DNA of 64,000 nucleotides from a virus (lineage: Duplodnaviria; Heunggongvirae; Uroviricota; Caudoviricetes). The notes below the pieces were generated by a model. That model was not told the origin of the DNA, searched no databases, and saw nothing but the letters and a program-made list of their open reading frames with translations. The translations under genes were made by a program, and so were the position numbers. The stretch lies in the IMG/VR virus record IMGVR_UViG_3300027759_003944, one strand, 5' to 3'. Of this stretch, positions 10,865 to 20,953 are shown piece by piece. Position 1 is the stretch's first letter. Each line of letters begins with the position of its first letter.

Positions 10865-11167
10865 TTAAAATCCCAATGCAGATTTGAGTGTGGTGATCTT
10901 GGGCAGATAGATTGTGGTTCCCACATCAAAGTCCAATGGCGGTTTGGTCAAGGTGTTGGGATTGCGCTGGTAAAACACCCACCACAGGGTGGCATCGTTA
11001 TACAGGTCGTAGGCCAGCAAGTCAGGTCTGTATCGATATGTCAAGTTTATTTCAAAAGGTATGTCATCGCTTTCCTGCGGAATGGGACGATTGTTCATGA
11101 CATCTAGAAAGAATTGACTGTAGCCCGTGGTAAAATATGGACTGGTGGCATCATAATTGGCACTCAT
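10865..11167 (-). CDS. gp53: Baseplate wedge subunit, gp53-like (LysM-related)
   Basis: 100 aa with YRYRPDLLAYDLYNDATLWWVFYQRN...FDVGTTIYLP, the gp53/LysM-like pattern. Confidence 0.75.
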   Translation of the reverse strand: MSANYDATSPYFTTGYSQFFLDVMNNRPIPQESDDIPFEINLTYRYRPDLLAYDLYNDATLWWVFYQRNPNTLTKPPLDFDVGTTIYLPKITTLKSALGF

Positions 11168-12945
11168 TACCAGAATCCTCCTTTGAGTAGATTACCATTG
11201 GCGAATTGTTTTACACTGAACTGCTGACTTTGTTGACTGCGAGTCTGTATAGGATGCAGTGTCAATGATATTTCCATTCTGGTGGGCACATAGGTGTTGT
11301 TGTCTATGTTGGTAACTGATTGTGCAGTGACCAGACTCTGATCCGGAACGCCAGGCAAGGCGCCTCTGGGCAAGGCGGCATTTTTTAGTCGGTTGATTAT
11401 GGAACTGATTTGTCCAAACGGGCCATTGTCAGTTTTGGTTTGTCTGGGACCAAGGTTGATGTTGTAGTTGTTGGGCTTGGTACGAATATAATCCACATCG
11501 TTGGGCAGGCTGTAGTTGAAGCTGCTGACCACACAAGGCTGATTGTTGAATTGATATTCTCCCAGGCCTATTAGATACACCAGGGGTGGTGGTGCACCAC
11601 GTTCGGCGTCTTGTCCATAGAACATTTTGGTCACACTGCGAAAAAAGTGTATCACTGCCAACAAGTAGTTGGCTTCCACTGTGTCCTGTGCTGTGAATAT
11701 TCCCGTTAAAGAAACATCGCCCACATAGGAACTTTTGTAAAATTGTCCGCGATAGTTTGAATGCGTGAGTTCAGTGTTTTCGTAGCTGGCATTGTATGTG
11801 GTTGAGATAGTGGGCATGTAAGGAAACACCACACCATCGCTGGCCAGCAACGGTGCCAACAATGTATTGGTACTGTCTTTGTACAAGTACGTGGCCTGCG
11901 GTGCCAGGCGCAGGCGCACTCGCCAGTCACCCGATGCTGGCGATTGAAACTGTGCTTGAATGGATGCTTGTTGTTGTGCTTTTAGCAGTGTGGCTTGTTG
12001 CTGTGAGGCAGACGCACCGGCAGCTGCCAGTGCATTGTTTTCTGCTGCGGCAGCCGATGACGCTGCATCAGCTCCTCCACGTGCCAGTCTGGCAGTTTCT
12101 GCGGCACTTTGATTGGGATCTTCAGCAGGGTCCACCGGTGCTGGTACACCAATGGCTCCTAACACGCTGGAATTGGTGTTGGCGTTGAAAGTTGCAGCGT
12201 CCACTGGCTCGGGGGCAGCCACTTGAGCTTGTGCAATGGATTCTGCCGGAGTCAACAGTGGTGTGTCTACCGGTGCAGGTGCTCCAGTATAACTGCTTGA
12301 TGCATTTGCATCCACTGGTACTACTCCTGTGTCCACTGCTGCCGGTGCATCTGCTGCGGCCACTGCAGGTTCGGCAGCTGGTGCTGGCACAGACGCAGTT
12401 ACTTCGGCACTGGTGCTGTTTCCCCCTGCTGATTGACTTGGCTGCTGAGTCTCAGCAGGAGGTATATTACTGGGCGCTGTTGCTGTTTGATTTATATTTT
12501 CTTGTGCAGCCGCATAGGCTGGAGAATTTTTTGGTGTTACTGCGGTAAGCGTTTCGGGGGGTAATCCAGCAGCTTGAATCTTGGCTGCGGCTTGTTCCTG
12601 AGTAATTGTTTGGCCAGTTTTTAAATCTTGATATGATCCATCACGGTTGCCTATCACACCTGCTTGTCTTTTTCCAGCAGTCAACAACTCGTTTTGTCTG
12701 TTTATAGCATCTTTTTCAGATATAATAGCATTGGAATCAAAAGTTCGAGTTCTTGGATTGCCTGTGTTGGGATCTGTTGTAGTAACTGTGGCAGGAACCC
12801 CAGTGTTGACAGAATTTACGTACTGATTTAATTGATCTTGAGTGTCCGCGTTGACACGAACCGTTTTGCCCTGAGCATTGGTAATGAGATACAAGCCTGT
12901 GTTGGGATCCTGTTTGACATTGGAAGGTAAGTTGAGATCAGCCAT
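11167..12945 (-). CDS. Baseplate-tail tube junction protein (gp48/gp54-like C-terminal domain) with a long Ala/Pro-rich N-terminal region
   Basis: C-terminal domain GVVFPYMPTISTTYNASY...THSNY...FTAQDTVEANYLLAVIHFFRSVTKMFYG...PPPLVYL is tube-protein-like. TAAATA motif at 12952-12957 (-). Confidence 0.6.
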   Translation of the reverse strand: MADLNLPSNVKQDPNTGLYLITNAQGKTVRVNADTQDQLNQYVNSVNTGVPATVTTTDPNTGNPRTRTFDSNAIISEKDAINRQNELLTAGKRQAGVIGNRDGSYQDLKTGQTITQEQAAAKIQAAGLPPETLTAVTPKNSPAYAAAQENINQTATAPSNIPPAETQQPSQSAGGNSTSAEVTASVPAPAAEPAVAAADAPAAVDTGVVPVDANASSSYTGAPAPVDTPLLTPAESIAQAQVAAPEPVDAATFNANTNSSVLGAIGVPAPVDPAEDPNQSAAETARLARGGADAASSAAAAENNALAAAGASASQQQATLLKAQQQASIQAQFQSPASGDWRVRLRLAPQATYLYKDSTNTLLAPLLASDGVVFPYMPTISTTYNASYENTELTHSNYRGQFYKSSYVGDVSLTGIFTAQDTVEANYLLAVIHFFRSVTKMFYGQDAERGAPPPLVYLIGLGEYQFNNQPCVVSSFNYSLPNDVDYIRTKPNNYNINLGPRQTKTDNGPFGQISSIINRLKNAALPRGALPGVPDQSLVTAQSVTNIDNNTYVPTRMEISLTLHPIQTRSQQSQQFSVKQFANGNLLKGGFW

Positions 12946-12990
12946 ATTGCTTATTTACCCAATTTTTTAACCATGTAGTTTAAGATCAGG

Positions 12991-13018
12991 TTGACAAATG
13001 TTGTAAACATGCTACAAT
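12991..13018 (+). promoter_or_regulatory. Sigma70-type early promoter for the gp55-gp47-gp46 operon
   Basis: TTGACA (12991-12996), a 16-nt spacer ending in TGc, then TACAAT (13013-13018). It overlaps a TAAGTA late-like motif at 13017-13022. Confidence 0.75.
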
Positions 13019-13043
13019 AAGTACATATCGGAGAAACCCACCA

Positions 13044-13940
13044 ATGACGCTAATTGCCAAACCTGCAGCCAAGGTCAACTACCTTAACAACCGTGACATT
13101 TTAAAAGAAATACATCTCAGCAAGAACACCTACTGTAGTTTTTTAAATCCTGCAACTGATCATCAGTTTGACATGATACTTCCTAGTGTGGACAAGATCA
13201 ATCAAAAGACCGTGGCTGAAGCACGCCGTGTTCGTGCTGACCGGCACAAACGTGAAACTGGCGAAGTGATTGACCCCAAAAAAATACCCAATACGGAGGT
13301 GGTTTTCCGCATAATGACTTGGGAACACATACCCATGGCGCCCAAAAAAGTGCCCAAAACTGCTGTCAAAAAGAAAAAGATCGAAGACATTCTGGACCTG
13401 GATGATGTTGTAGACGATCCCCTGGCAGACCTTGTTGAGGATGTGGTGCTGAATCCCACCCACATGCGAGTGAACTTTCCCCCGTTCTGGCACTACCGAC
13501 TGGACGAAAACAAAACGCCTGTGCTGATAGGCAAGAGTCATTGGCGTGGCGACCTAGACTCAGGTGAGTTTTGCAAGGATCATGGCAACATGACACGCAA
13601 ACTGGCCATGATGTTTATGAAACTGTGCGAACGCTATGCCACACGATCAAACTGGCGTGGCTACACCTACAATGAAGAAATGCGTGGGCAAGCTCTGTTG
13701 CAACTCAGTCAAATCGGCCTGCAATTTGACGAGTCCAAATCACAGAACCCTTTTGCGTATTACACTGCTGCCATCACCAATAGCTTTACTCGCATCCTGA
13801 ACATTGAAAAGAAAAATCAAAACATCCGTGATGACATTTTGGAAATGAACGGCTTGAATCCTTCGTGGACACGTCAGAACTCTGGCAAAGCTGGCATGGC
13901 AGCCATGTCCGGACCGGTCGTGACCACCTACGAAGAGTAG
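13044..13940 (+). CDS. gp55: Phage late-transcription sigma factor, gp55-like
   Basis: YLNNRDILKEI at the N-terminus and RSNWRGYTYNEEMRGQALLQL...FDESKSQNPFAYYTAAITNSFTRILNIEKKNQNIRD are gp55-family motifs. It precedes gp47/gp46 as in T4-like phages. Confidence 0.85.
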   Translation: MTLIAKPAAKVNYLNNRDILKEIHLSKNTYCSFLNPATDHQFDMILPSVDKINQKTVAEARRVRADRHKRETGEVIDPKKIPNTEVVFRIMTWEHIPMAPKKVPKTAVKKKKIEDILDLDDVVDDPLADLVEDVVLNPTHMRVNFPPFWHYRLDENKTPVLIGKSHWRGDLDSGEFCKDHGNMTRKLAMMFMKLCERYATRSNWRGYTYNEEMRGQALLQLSQIGLQFDESKSQNPFAYYTAAITNSFTRILNIEKKNQNIRDDILEMNGLNPSWTRQNSGKAGMAAMSGPVVTTYEE

Positions 13941-13952
13941 TATACTAGGTAG

Positions 13953-14969
13953 ATGACAAATCTATTTAAAAAAGCCGCGGTCTTTACAGACATACATTTT
14001 GGGCTCAAATCCAACAGTCAAACACATAACGATGACTGTTTGGATTTTGTCAAATGGGCCACTGCCAAGGCCCGAGCGGAAGGTTGCGAAACCTGCATGT
14101 TCCTGGGTGACTGGCACAACAACAGAGCCAGTTTGAACATTGTCACACTGAGCTACAGTCTACGAGCATTGGAGCATATGAATGACAACTTTGAACATGT
14201 GTATTTTATTCCTGGTAACCACGATTTATATTATCGCGATAAACGTGACATTCAAAGCGTGGAGTGGGCAAAGCACCTCCCTCGTGTTCAAATCTGCAAT
14301 GATTGGTTTAGCCACGGTGATGTCGTTATTGCCCCTTGGTTATGTGGCGACGATCATAAACGTATACCCAAACTAAAAGGCCGATACATGTTTGGGCACT
14401 TTGAACTGCCCGGTTACTACATGAATGCCATGGTGCAGATGCCCGATCATGGCACAATACAGCGTGGCGACTTTGGTGGATTTGATCATGTGTTCACTGG
14501 ACACTTTCACAAACGTCAAACAGCCAACAACATCACCTACATTGGCAACTGCTTTCCGCACAACTATGCTGACGCCGGAGATGACGAACGTGGCATGATG
14601 ATCTTGGAATGGGGCCGAGAGCCCGAGTATCATGCCTGGCCTGATCAACCCCGATATAGAGTACATGGCCTTGCCAACTTGATTGACAATGCTGCCACAT
14701 TGCTTGCTCCAAAGATGCATGTTCGTGTGAACTTGGACATTGAAATCTCATACGAAGAAGCCAACTTTATCAAAGAAACATTTATTCGAGATTACAGCCT
14801 ACGTGAAATGGCCCTGATTCCCAACAAAACTTCAGGTGTAGATGTGGACCTTGCACCCGGCGATGTTAAGTTTGAATCAGTGGACCAGATTGTCACTGAC
14901 CAACTCACAAACATTGAATCAGAATTCTACGACAATAAATTGCTGTTGCAAATATATCAAAACTTATAA
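13953..14969 (+). CDS. gp47: Recombination endonuclease subunit, Mre11/SbcD-like
   Basis: Metallophosphoesterase motifs DIHFG, GDWHNNR, GNHD, FGHFE and GHFHKR. Confidence 0.92.
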   Translation: MTNLFKKAAVFTDIHFGLKSNSQTHNDDCLDFVKWATAKARAEGCETCMFLGDWHNNRASLNIVTLSYSLRALEHMNDNFEHVYFIPGNHDLYYRDKRDIQSVEWAKHLPRVQICNDWFSHGDVVIAPWLCGDDHKRIPKLKGRYMFGHFELPGYYMNAMVQMPDHGTIQRGDFGGFDHVFTGHFHKRQTANNITYIGNCFPHNYADAGDDERGMMILEWGREPEYHAWPDQPRYRVHGLANLIDNAATLLAPKMHVRVNLDIEISYEEANFIKETFIRDYSLREMALIPNKTSGVDVDLAPGDVKFESVDQIVTDQLTNIESEFYDNKLLLQIYQNL

Positions 14970-15799
14970 TGTACTCTATACCTCGACTTGATATAATGGT
15001 TGCATATAGTTGCAATATTAGTTGTGCAGGATGTATCAGTATAAGTGATATTAAGAGATCGGGCATTGAACCATTTGAGTCATTGGTTAACAGCATTGCC
15101 AAATGGAAAACGTTTATAGTTCCCAGTGTAGTTGCTGTGTTTGGGGGAGAACCATGTTTACATCCTCAACTGCAAGATATATGCCAAAAAATAAGAGTTG
15201 CGTGGCCCAACACCACTATTCGATTAATCACCAACGGATACTTACTTGACAATTTTGACTCGTCCAAGTGGTTTGATTTTGCACCTTTTGAATTTCAAGT
15301 CAGCGTTCACAGGAAAGATCATGAATCGGTCATAAACAAAAAAATAAAAAATATCATCCAGCACCGTCGTCCCTGGGCTGTTTCAACACAAGGTGGTGAC
15401 AATCAGCATCGTCAGATTACTTGGACTCATGATAATTTTTCTGTATACAAAAGTATATTCAGTGAATTTGTTGTGCCTTATAAAAAGACACAAGATCAAT
15501 ACTTGCCCTGGCACAGTGATCCTACAGAAGCACACAAAATATGCGGTTCTCCGGCTACGCCTATTTTATACAAAGGTCTGTTATACAAATGTCCGCCTGT
15601 GGCCAATGCAATAGATATTACCAAAAACAATTGGTTTAATTACCATGCCGTTGATGTTCATGATGATCTAAAAGAGTTTGTGCAAAATATAGGTCATCCA
15701 GAATCAGTGTGCGGGCAGTGTCCAGATCGAACACAGGCTGTGGTAATAAATCATTTTGACAAGGAGAATGTTATTGTCCGACACAAAAATATTAGTTAG
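14969..15799 (+). CDS. Radical SAM protein with C-terminal Cys cluster (SPASM/twitch-like)
   Basis: CNISCAGC (CxxxCxxC), FGGEPCLHP and ITNG, plus C-terminal KICG...LYKCP...CGQCP. Confidence 0.85.
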   Translation: MYSIPRLDIMVAYSCNISCAGCISISDIKRSGIEPFESLVNSIAKWKTFIVPSVVAVFGGEPCLHPQLQDICQKIRVAWPNTTIRLITNGYLLDNFDSSKWFDFAPFEFQVSVHRKDHESVINKKIKNIIQHRRPWAVSTQGGDNQHRQITWTHDNFSVYKSIFSEFVVPYKKTQDQYLPWHSDPTEAHKICGSPATPILYKGLLYKCPPVANAIDITKNNWFNYHAVDVHDDLKEFVQNIGHPESVCGQCPDRTQAVVINHFDKENVIVRHKNIS

Positions 15800-16511
15800 T
15801 GGTTGTGGTATAACATTTAGTAAACAAAAAGTAAAAACATGGCCAAATATATTACAACTAGCAGGCTGTGCAGTTACTGATGTTGGCGGACCTGCGGTGT
15901 CTAATCAGTGGATTGTTAATAAAACATTTTTGGGATTACAACAGCACTCTGATATAAAAATCGCAGTAGTTCAATTGACTGGGTTAGGAAAGTTAGATGT
16001 TGAAGTTGATGTAGAGAAAATAAATGAATTAGTCAGGCCTGATCCCTTGAGAAATTTTGTCATAGACTATGACAACCAAATAAAATCAAATGACCAACTT
16101 GAAATTTCAGGGGTATGGCCTAGTAGTGGCAGCCAGCATCATGAATCAAAAAAACAATGGTACAAATGGTTATCTAGTCCAGGACTGGAACGAGAAGATT
16201 TGTATTGCAAATTAATGTTGCTTGATATGTTTTGCAAACAATGTGACATTAAATTTTGTGTGTATCAAGGATATGATATAGCATGGAACCAGCAACAGTA
16301 CGCTGATCTAAAAAGCATAATTAAAAACATAGATACTAGTCTTTATACTTTGTATCAAAAATCAAAATATTATCAGGATCTTGGACTTCAAAATTCATCA
16401 GTACCATCTCTACATTTTCAATTAGAAATAGCAACAGCAGTAGGCAAAGAATTACCAATAGGTGTTCAAAATAAAATTGCAAAATTCAAATCGACCTATG
16501 AAAAAAATTGA
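15768..16511 (+). CDS. Hypothetical protein, SGNH/GDSL-like fold (degenerate)
   Basis: ILVSGCGITFS and VGGPAVSNQWI resemble SGNH blocks I and II, but Gly stands where Ser is usual. The start is uncertain (ATG 15768 versus the ORF-track start at 15756). Confidence 0.4.
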   Translation: MLLSDTKILVSGCGITFSKQKVKTWPNILQLAGCAVTDVGGPAVSNQWIVNKTFLGLQQHSDIKIAVVQLTGLGKLDVEVDVEKINELVRPDPLRNFVIDYDNQIKSNDQLEISGVWPSSGSQHHESKKQWYKWLSSPGLEREDLYCKLMLLDMFCKQCDIKFCVYQGYDIAWNQQQYADLKSIIKNIDTSLYTLYQKSKYYQDLGLQNSSVPSLHFQLEIATAVGKELPIGVQNKIAKFKSTYEKN

Positions 16512-17400
16512 TACCTCAACTGAAAAATTATTGTTTATACAGTATCCTAGTGGAGGATATGGATTTTATCTCACTCGATTAATCAACAGTTTTGTAACAA
16601 ATATTGTTAGAGTTGATGATTTGTTTTCATTTGATTATTTGGGGACTAGTCATTCATTGCCATTAGTGGTTGGGGATATTCACCATGAACAACAACGCAC
16701 ACTGCACAGTTATGATAAAAAATACCTGTCAGATATTGATCAACAAAAATATATTTTGATACCTTATTGTCCTGGAATATTTAATGATACCACAGATAAT
16801 ATCAAAATTAATTTTCCAAATGCAAAAATTCTAAGGCTGTACTACCAAGATAACACATGGCCGTTAGTGTTTCAAAACTGCATTATTAAAGCCGCAGTAG
16901 GAACTTTGGAAAATGATGTGGAATTTGATGATAAAAAATTTGGGAGTTCAGAAAATTGGGCTCGTCGAGAAAACTTCAATTTGATGTTCGAACATCACTA
17001 CTATAGAAAGATGTGGAAAGCCTATGAACATAAACAATTTTTGAACATAGATATTTTTGAATTGTTAACCAATCCACAACATTGTTTGACACAAGTGGCA
17101 AATTTTATAAACGGAACCACACACAATTTAGACTTATTGCCAGCAAGGCATCAACAATTTTTAGATGCTAATTCAAACACAGTAAGGCATTTTGAAATTC
17201 TACACACAGTTAAATCTCTCAAAGTTGAAAAAGATCTAATGCACATAACCGACTTGTATCAACAGGCAGTGATGAATTTTTATATTCAATTAAAATACAA
17301 TTTTGTCATTCTTTCAAATGATTATGCAGACTGGTTTACAAACACCAAAGAAATTGTTACAATGTTAAAGGAACACGGAGTAAACATTGATTCAAATTAA
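16498..17400 (+). CDS. Hypothetical protein, sulfotransferase/P-loop-like
   Basis: N-terminal LFIQYPSGGYGFYLTRLI resembles the 5'-PSB loop of sulfotransferase-like folds. Start placed at ATG 16498, just before the upstream stop. Confidence 0.4.
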   Translation: MKKIDTSTEKLLFIQYPSGGYGFYLTRLINSFVTNIVRVDDLFSFDYLGTSHSLPLVVGDIHHEQQRTLHSYDKKYLSDIDQQKYILIPYCPGIFNDTTDNIKINFPNAKILRLYYQDNTWPLVFQNCIIKAAVGTLENDVEFDDKKFGSSENWARRENFNLMFEHHYYRKMWKAYEHKQFLNIDIFELLTNPQHCLTQVANFINGTTHNLDLLPARHQQFLDANSNTVRHFEILHTVKSLKVEKDLMHITDLYQQAVMNFYIQLKYNFVILSNDYADWFTNTKEIVTMLKEHGVNIDSN

Positions 17401-19468
17401 AAACCTTACCGTTAAGAACTTTATGAGTGTGGGCAATGCCACACAAGGCATTGACTTTGACCGCCAAGATCTTACCCTAGTGTTAGGTGAGAACCTGGAC
17501 TTGGGCGGCGATGGCAGTCGCAATGGCACAGGCAAGACCACAATTATCAATGCGCTGAGTTATGCCATGTATGGGCAAGCACTCAGCAACATTCGCAAGG
17601 ACAATCTAGTAAATAAGACCAACGCCAAGGGCATGATGGTGAGCCTAGACTTTGCTGTAAATGGTAAAACATACAAGATTGAACGTGGACGCAAGCCTAA
17701 CGTGTTGCGTTTCTATGTGGACAGTGAAGAACAAACTGCCACAGATGATGCACAAGGCGACAGCAGAGAAACACAGGATGCCATTGAGCATGTGTTTGGC
17801 ATGAGTCACGACATGTTCAAGCACATCTTGGCACTAAACACTTATACCGAACCGTTCCTGAGTTTGAAAGCCAACGAACAGCGTACTATCATTGAGCAGT
17901 TGTTGGGCATTACTGTGTTGAGTGAACGTGCTGAACGCATCAAAGAATTAAACAAAACTACTAAAGATGCGATCACAGCAGAAGAGTTTAGAGTACGTGC
18001 TGTTCAAGAAGCTAACAAGCGTATTGAAGAACAAATTGAGAGTTTGAGACGTAGACAAGGTCTATGGCAAAAGAAATACGACAGCGATTTGGCATATTTA
18101 GTGGGTCAATATGATGATCTAGCCCGAATCAACATCGAAGCAGAGTTACTGGCACACAAAGACCTTGCGGTGTGGAACGAACGTAAAAAACAAGCAGATG
18201 CACATGATCGATTGTTGGCATATCAAACTGCGTGGCAACAAACACAAACCAAAGAGATCACGGCACTAAAAGTCAGTTATGATCAACTCAGTCACATTGA
18301 CATCTCGGCAGAACTACAGGCACATCAAGACTTGGCGGCGTACAATCAACGGGCCAAGGACATCGCCGATCTTGAAAAACTTATTGCTCGTTGTGTGGCT
18401 GATGAAATCCGAGAACAAAAGATCATTGACAAGTTAAAAGTAGAAATTGCACAACTAGAAGATCACAAGTGCTATGCGTGTGGACAAGAAATGCACGATG
18501 CCAAACATGAACAAGTGCTGGAAGCCAAACGCAAAAGTTTGCAAGAGTCTGCGCTACAAGCATTGTCTACGAATGGTCAGTGGATGGAAAATACTGATGC
18601 CCTAAAAGCGTTGGGCGAACTGGGTGTCAAGCCCATAACACACTATCGGACTGAAGCCGAAGCCATTCGTCACAGCAGTGAACTAGAAAACATACAGCAA
18701 AAGATTGCAGACAAGTCTGCAGAAGCAGATCCTTATGTTGAGCAACTTGCAGGCTATGTACCTGTAGAACTGGGTGTACAACCTGCTACCCACTACGATA
18801 CTGAAGCACAGGCCATCAAGCACTCTACCCAGGTAAATAATTTACTACAACAGATTACCAACAAGCATGCTGAAACTGACCCCTACAGCGAACAGATTGA
18901 AGACATGCAACAACAAGCCCTACAAGTTGTTGACTACAATCGAATCAATGAATTGACCAAAGTACAAGACCATCAAGAGTTCTTGTTAAAACTTTTAACC
19001 AGCAAAGATAGTTTTGTTCGCAAGAAGATCATTGATCAAAATTTGAGTTACTTGAACGCACGACTCACACACTACTTGGATCGCATTGGACTGCCACACA
19101 CTGTGAAGTTCCAAAACGACTTGAGTGTGAGCATTGAAGAATTGGGACGTGAACTGGACTTTGACAACTTGAGTCGTGGTGAACGCAACAGGTTGATACT
19201 TAGCATGAGTTGGGCCTTCCGTGATGTGTGGGAAAGTTTGTATCACCCTATCAACATCTTGTTCATTGACGAAATGATTGACTCTGGTCTAGACACACAA
19301 GGTGTGGAAGCCAGTTTGGCGCTGTTGAAGAAAATGACTCGCGAACGCCACAAGAGCATTTGGCTTGTGAGTCATAGAGATGAACTTGCTGGGCGTGTGG
19401 AGAACATACTCAAGGTAGTGAAAGAAAACGGATTTACCAGTTACAGTACGGACGTAGATATCGCATAA
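17387..19468 (+). CDS. gp46: Recombination ATPase subunit, Rad50/SbcC-like
   Basis: Walker A NGTGKTT, Zn hook CYACG, signature LSRGE, Walker B FIDE and H-loop VSH. TTG start with GGAG at 17377-17380. Confidence 0.93.
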   Translation: MIQIKNLTVKNFMSVGNATQGIDFDRQDLTLVLGENLDLGGDGSRNGTGKTTIINALSYAMYGQALSNIRKDNLVNKTNAKGMMVSLDFAVNGKTYKIERGRKPNVLRFYVDSEEQTATDDAQGDSRETQDAIEHVFGMSHDMFKHILALNTYTEPFLSLKANEQRTIIEQLLGITVLSERAERIKELNKTTKDAITAEEFRVRAVQEANKRIEEQIESLRRRQGLWQKKYDSDLAYLVGQYDDLARINIEAELLAHKDLAVWNERKKQADAHDRLLAYQTAWQQTQTKEITALKVSYDQLSHIDISAELQAHQDLAAYNQRAKDIADLEKLIARCVADEIREQKIIDKLKVEIAQLEDHKCYACGQEMHDAKHEQVLEAKRKSLQESALQALSTNGQWMENTDALKALGELGVKPITHYRTEAEAIRHSSELENIQQKIADKSAEADPYVEQLAGYVPVELGVQPATHYDTEAQAIKHSTQVNNLLQQITNKHAETDPYSEQIEDMQQQALQVVDYNRINELTKVQDHQEFLLKLLTSKDSFVRKKIIDQNLSYLNARLTHYLDRIGLPHTVKFQNDLSVSIEELGRELDFDNLSRGERNRLILSMSWAFRDVWESLYHPINILFIDEMIDSGLDTQGVEASLALLKKMTRERHKSIWLVSHRDELAGRVENILKVVKENGFTSYSTDVDIA

Positions 19469-20953
19469 ATGGACGCAGTTATTGTTAACATACCAAGAAT
19501 GGCACCTAGTAGGCCTAGCGCAGGCACGGCGCTGATCAAAAGTTTGTTGAACAATATACACATACCAAATCAACTGGTAGACATCAACATTGATTTTTTC
19601 AATCGCTTTGCTGTGCGGTATGGCGCAGAACAGTTTCAAGAACTAGATAGATATTTGTACAACGACAATGTTGTGTTGAGTACAGCCACACACCAAAGTT
19701 ATCAACAGTTCTTGACTGAGTGGATTGATCGTATTGTTGCACTTGATTCCAAATGGGTATTGATCAGCATCTTTACCTGGCAATGTCAAAACTTTGCTAG
19801 AGACTTTATCACGCAACTTAGAACTGAGACCAAGGCCAAGATTGTGATAGGCGGACAGGGCATGATCAAAAGTGAAAACACCAGTTTCAACGAAGACCCT
19901 TACTTTGCCAAAGAACTCATGGCTGCAGGTGTGATAGACTATTACATACAAGGCGAAGCAGAAAAAGCCTTGCCTGAACTGCTACGTGGCAATGACACTT
20001 TTCCTGGCATCAACTCTGACTGTTTTGCTGAACGCAGTGCTATGAGCGAAGTTCCTGCATATGACTTCTCTGATCATGACATCACAGCATATCACAGTGG
20101 CTATTCAGATGGGCAGTTGCCACTAGAAAGCAGCCGCGGTTGTGTGCGAAGTTGTTCATTCTGTGATTGGCCAGTGTATGCAGGTGGATTCCGCAGCAAG
20201 CCTGGAGATCAGTTGTTTGAAGAGTGTGCGGGCTACTATGATCAGCATGGCACAACCAACTACTACTTCAATGACAGTTTGATCAACGGTGACTTGAAAG
20301 ACTTTAGACAGTTCAATCGCAGACTGGTTGAGTATTATGAACAGCACAACTTGCCGGACCGCACACTGAAATATAGCGGCATGTATATTGTGCGCAAGCC
20401 CAACCAGTGGCAGGAAGCAGACTGGGCATTAATCAGTCGCGCTGGTGCTGATACACTATTGATTGGTGTGGAAACCGGGTCAGACCGTGTGCGCAAAGAA
20501 ATGGCCAAAGGCTTCAACAGCGCAGACTTAGACTTCACTGTGCAAATGGCCAGTCGCTATAAAATCAAACTGTACTTTTTAATGATTGTGGGTTGGCCCA
20601 GTGAGACACGTGAGGACTTCGACGAGACCTTGGACTTGCTGAGACGCTATCAACGCTATGTAGCAGATGGCACACTGATGGGCATCAACTTTGGCACCAG
20701 CCTGACCATAGGCGAAGGCACACCTGTGTACCTCAATCCTGAACGGTTTAACCTTGTGGGTGTAGACGGCAAGCGGCCTGCAGATGTGTTCTGGATGCAC
20801 AAACACAATACTGAACTCACATACAAAGAACGTGTGCTACGCAGGATCGAAGCACAGGAACTGGCTATTAGCCTGGGATATACATTCTGGAAAGGCGACG
20901 ACCAGTTGACTTTTATTCGCAACAAGTACGAAAGAATCTTGAATGAACATTGA
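19469..20953 (+). CDS. Cobalamin-binding radical SAM enzyme (class B methyltransferase-like)
   Basis: N-terminal B12-binding-like domain (KIVIGG...GEAE), SSRGCVRSCSFC, IGVETGSDRVRKEMAKG and MIVGWPSETREDF. Confidence 0.88.
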   Translation: MDAVIVNIPRMAPSRPSAGTALIKSLLNNIHIPNQLVDINIDFFNRFAVRYGAEQFQELDRYLYNDNVVLSTATHQSYQQFLTEWIDRIVALDSKWVLISIFTWQCQNFARDFITQLRTETKAKIVIGGQGMIKSENTSFNEDPYFAKELMAAGVIDYYIQGEAEKALPELLRGNDTFPGINSDCFAERSAMSEVPAYDFSDHDITAYHSGYSDGQLPLESSRGCVRSCSFCDWPVYAGGFRSKPGDQLFEECAGYYDQHGTTNYYFNDSLINGDLKDFRQFNRRLVEYYEQHNLPDRTLKYSGMYIVRKPNQWQEADWALISRAGADTLLIGVETGSDRVRKEMAKGFNSADLDFTVQMASRYKIKLYFLMIVGWPSETREDFDETLDLLRRYQRYVADGTLMGINFGTSLTIGEGTPVYLNPERFNLVGVDGKRPADVFWMHKHNTELTYKERVLRRIEAQELAISLGYTFWKGDDQLTFIRNKYERILNEH

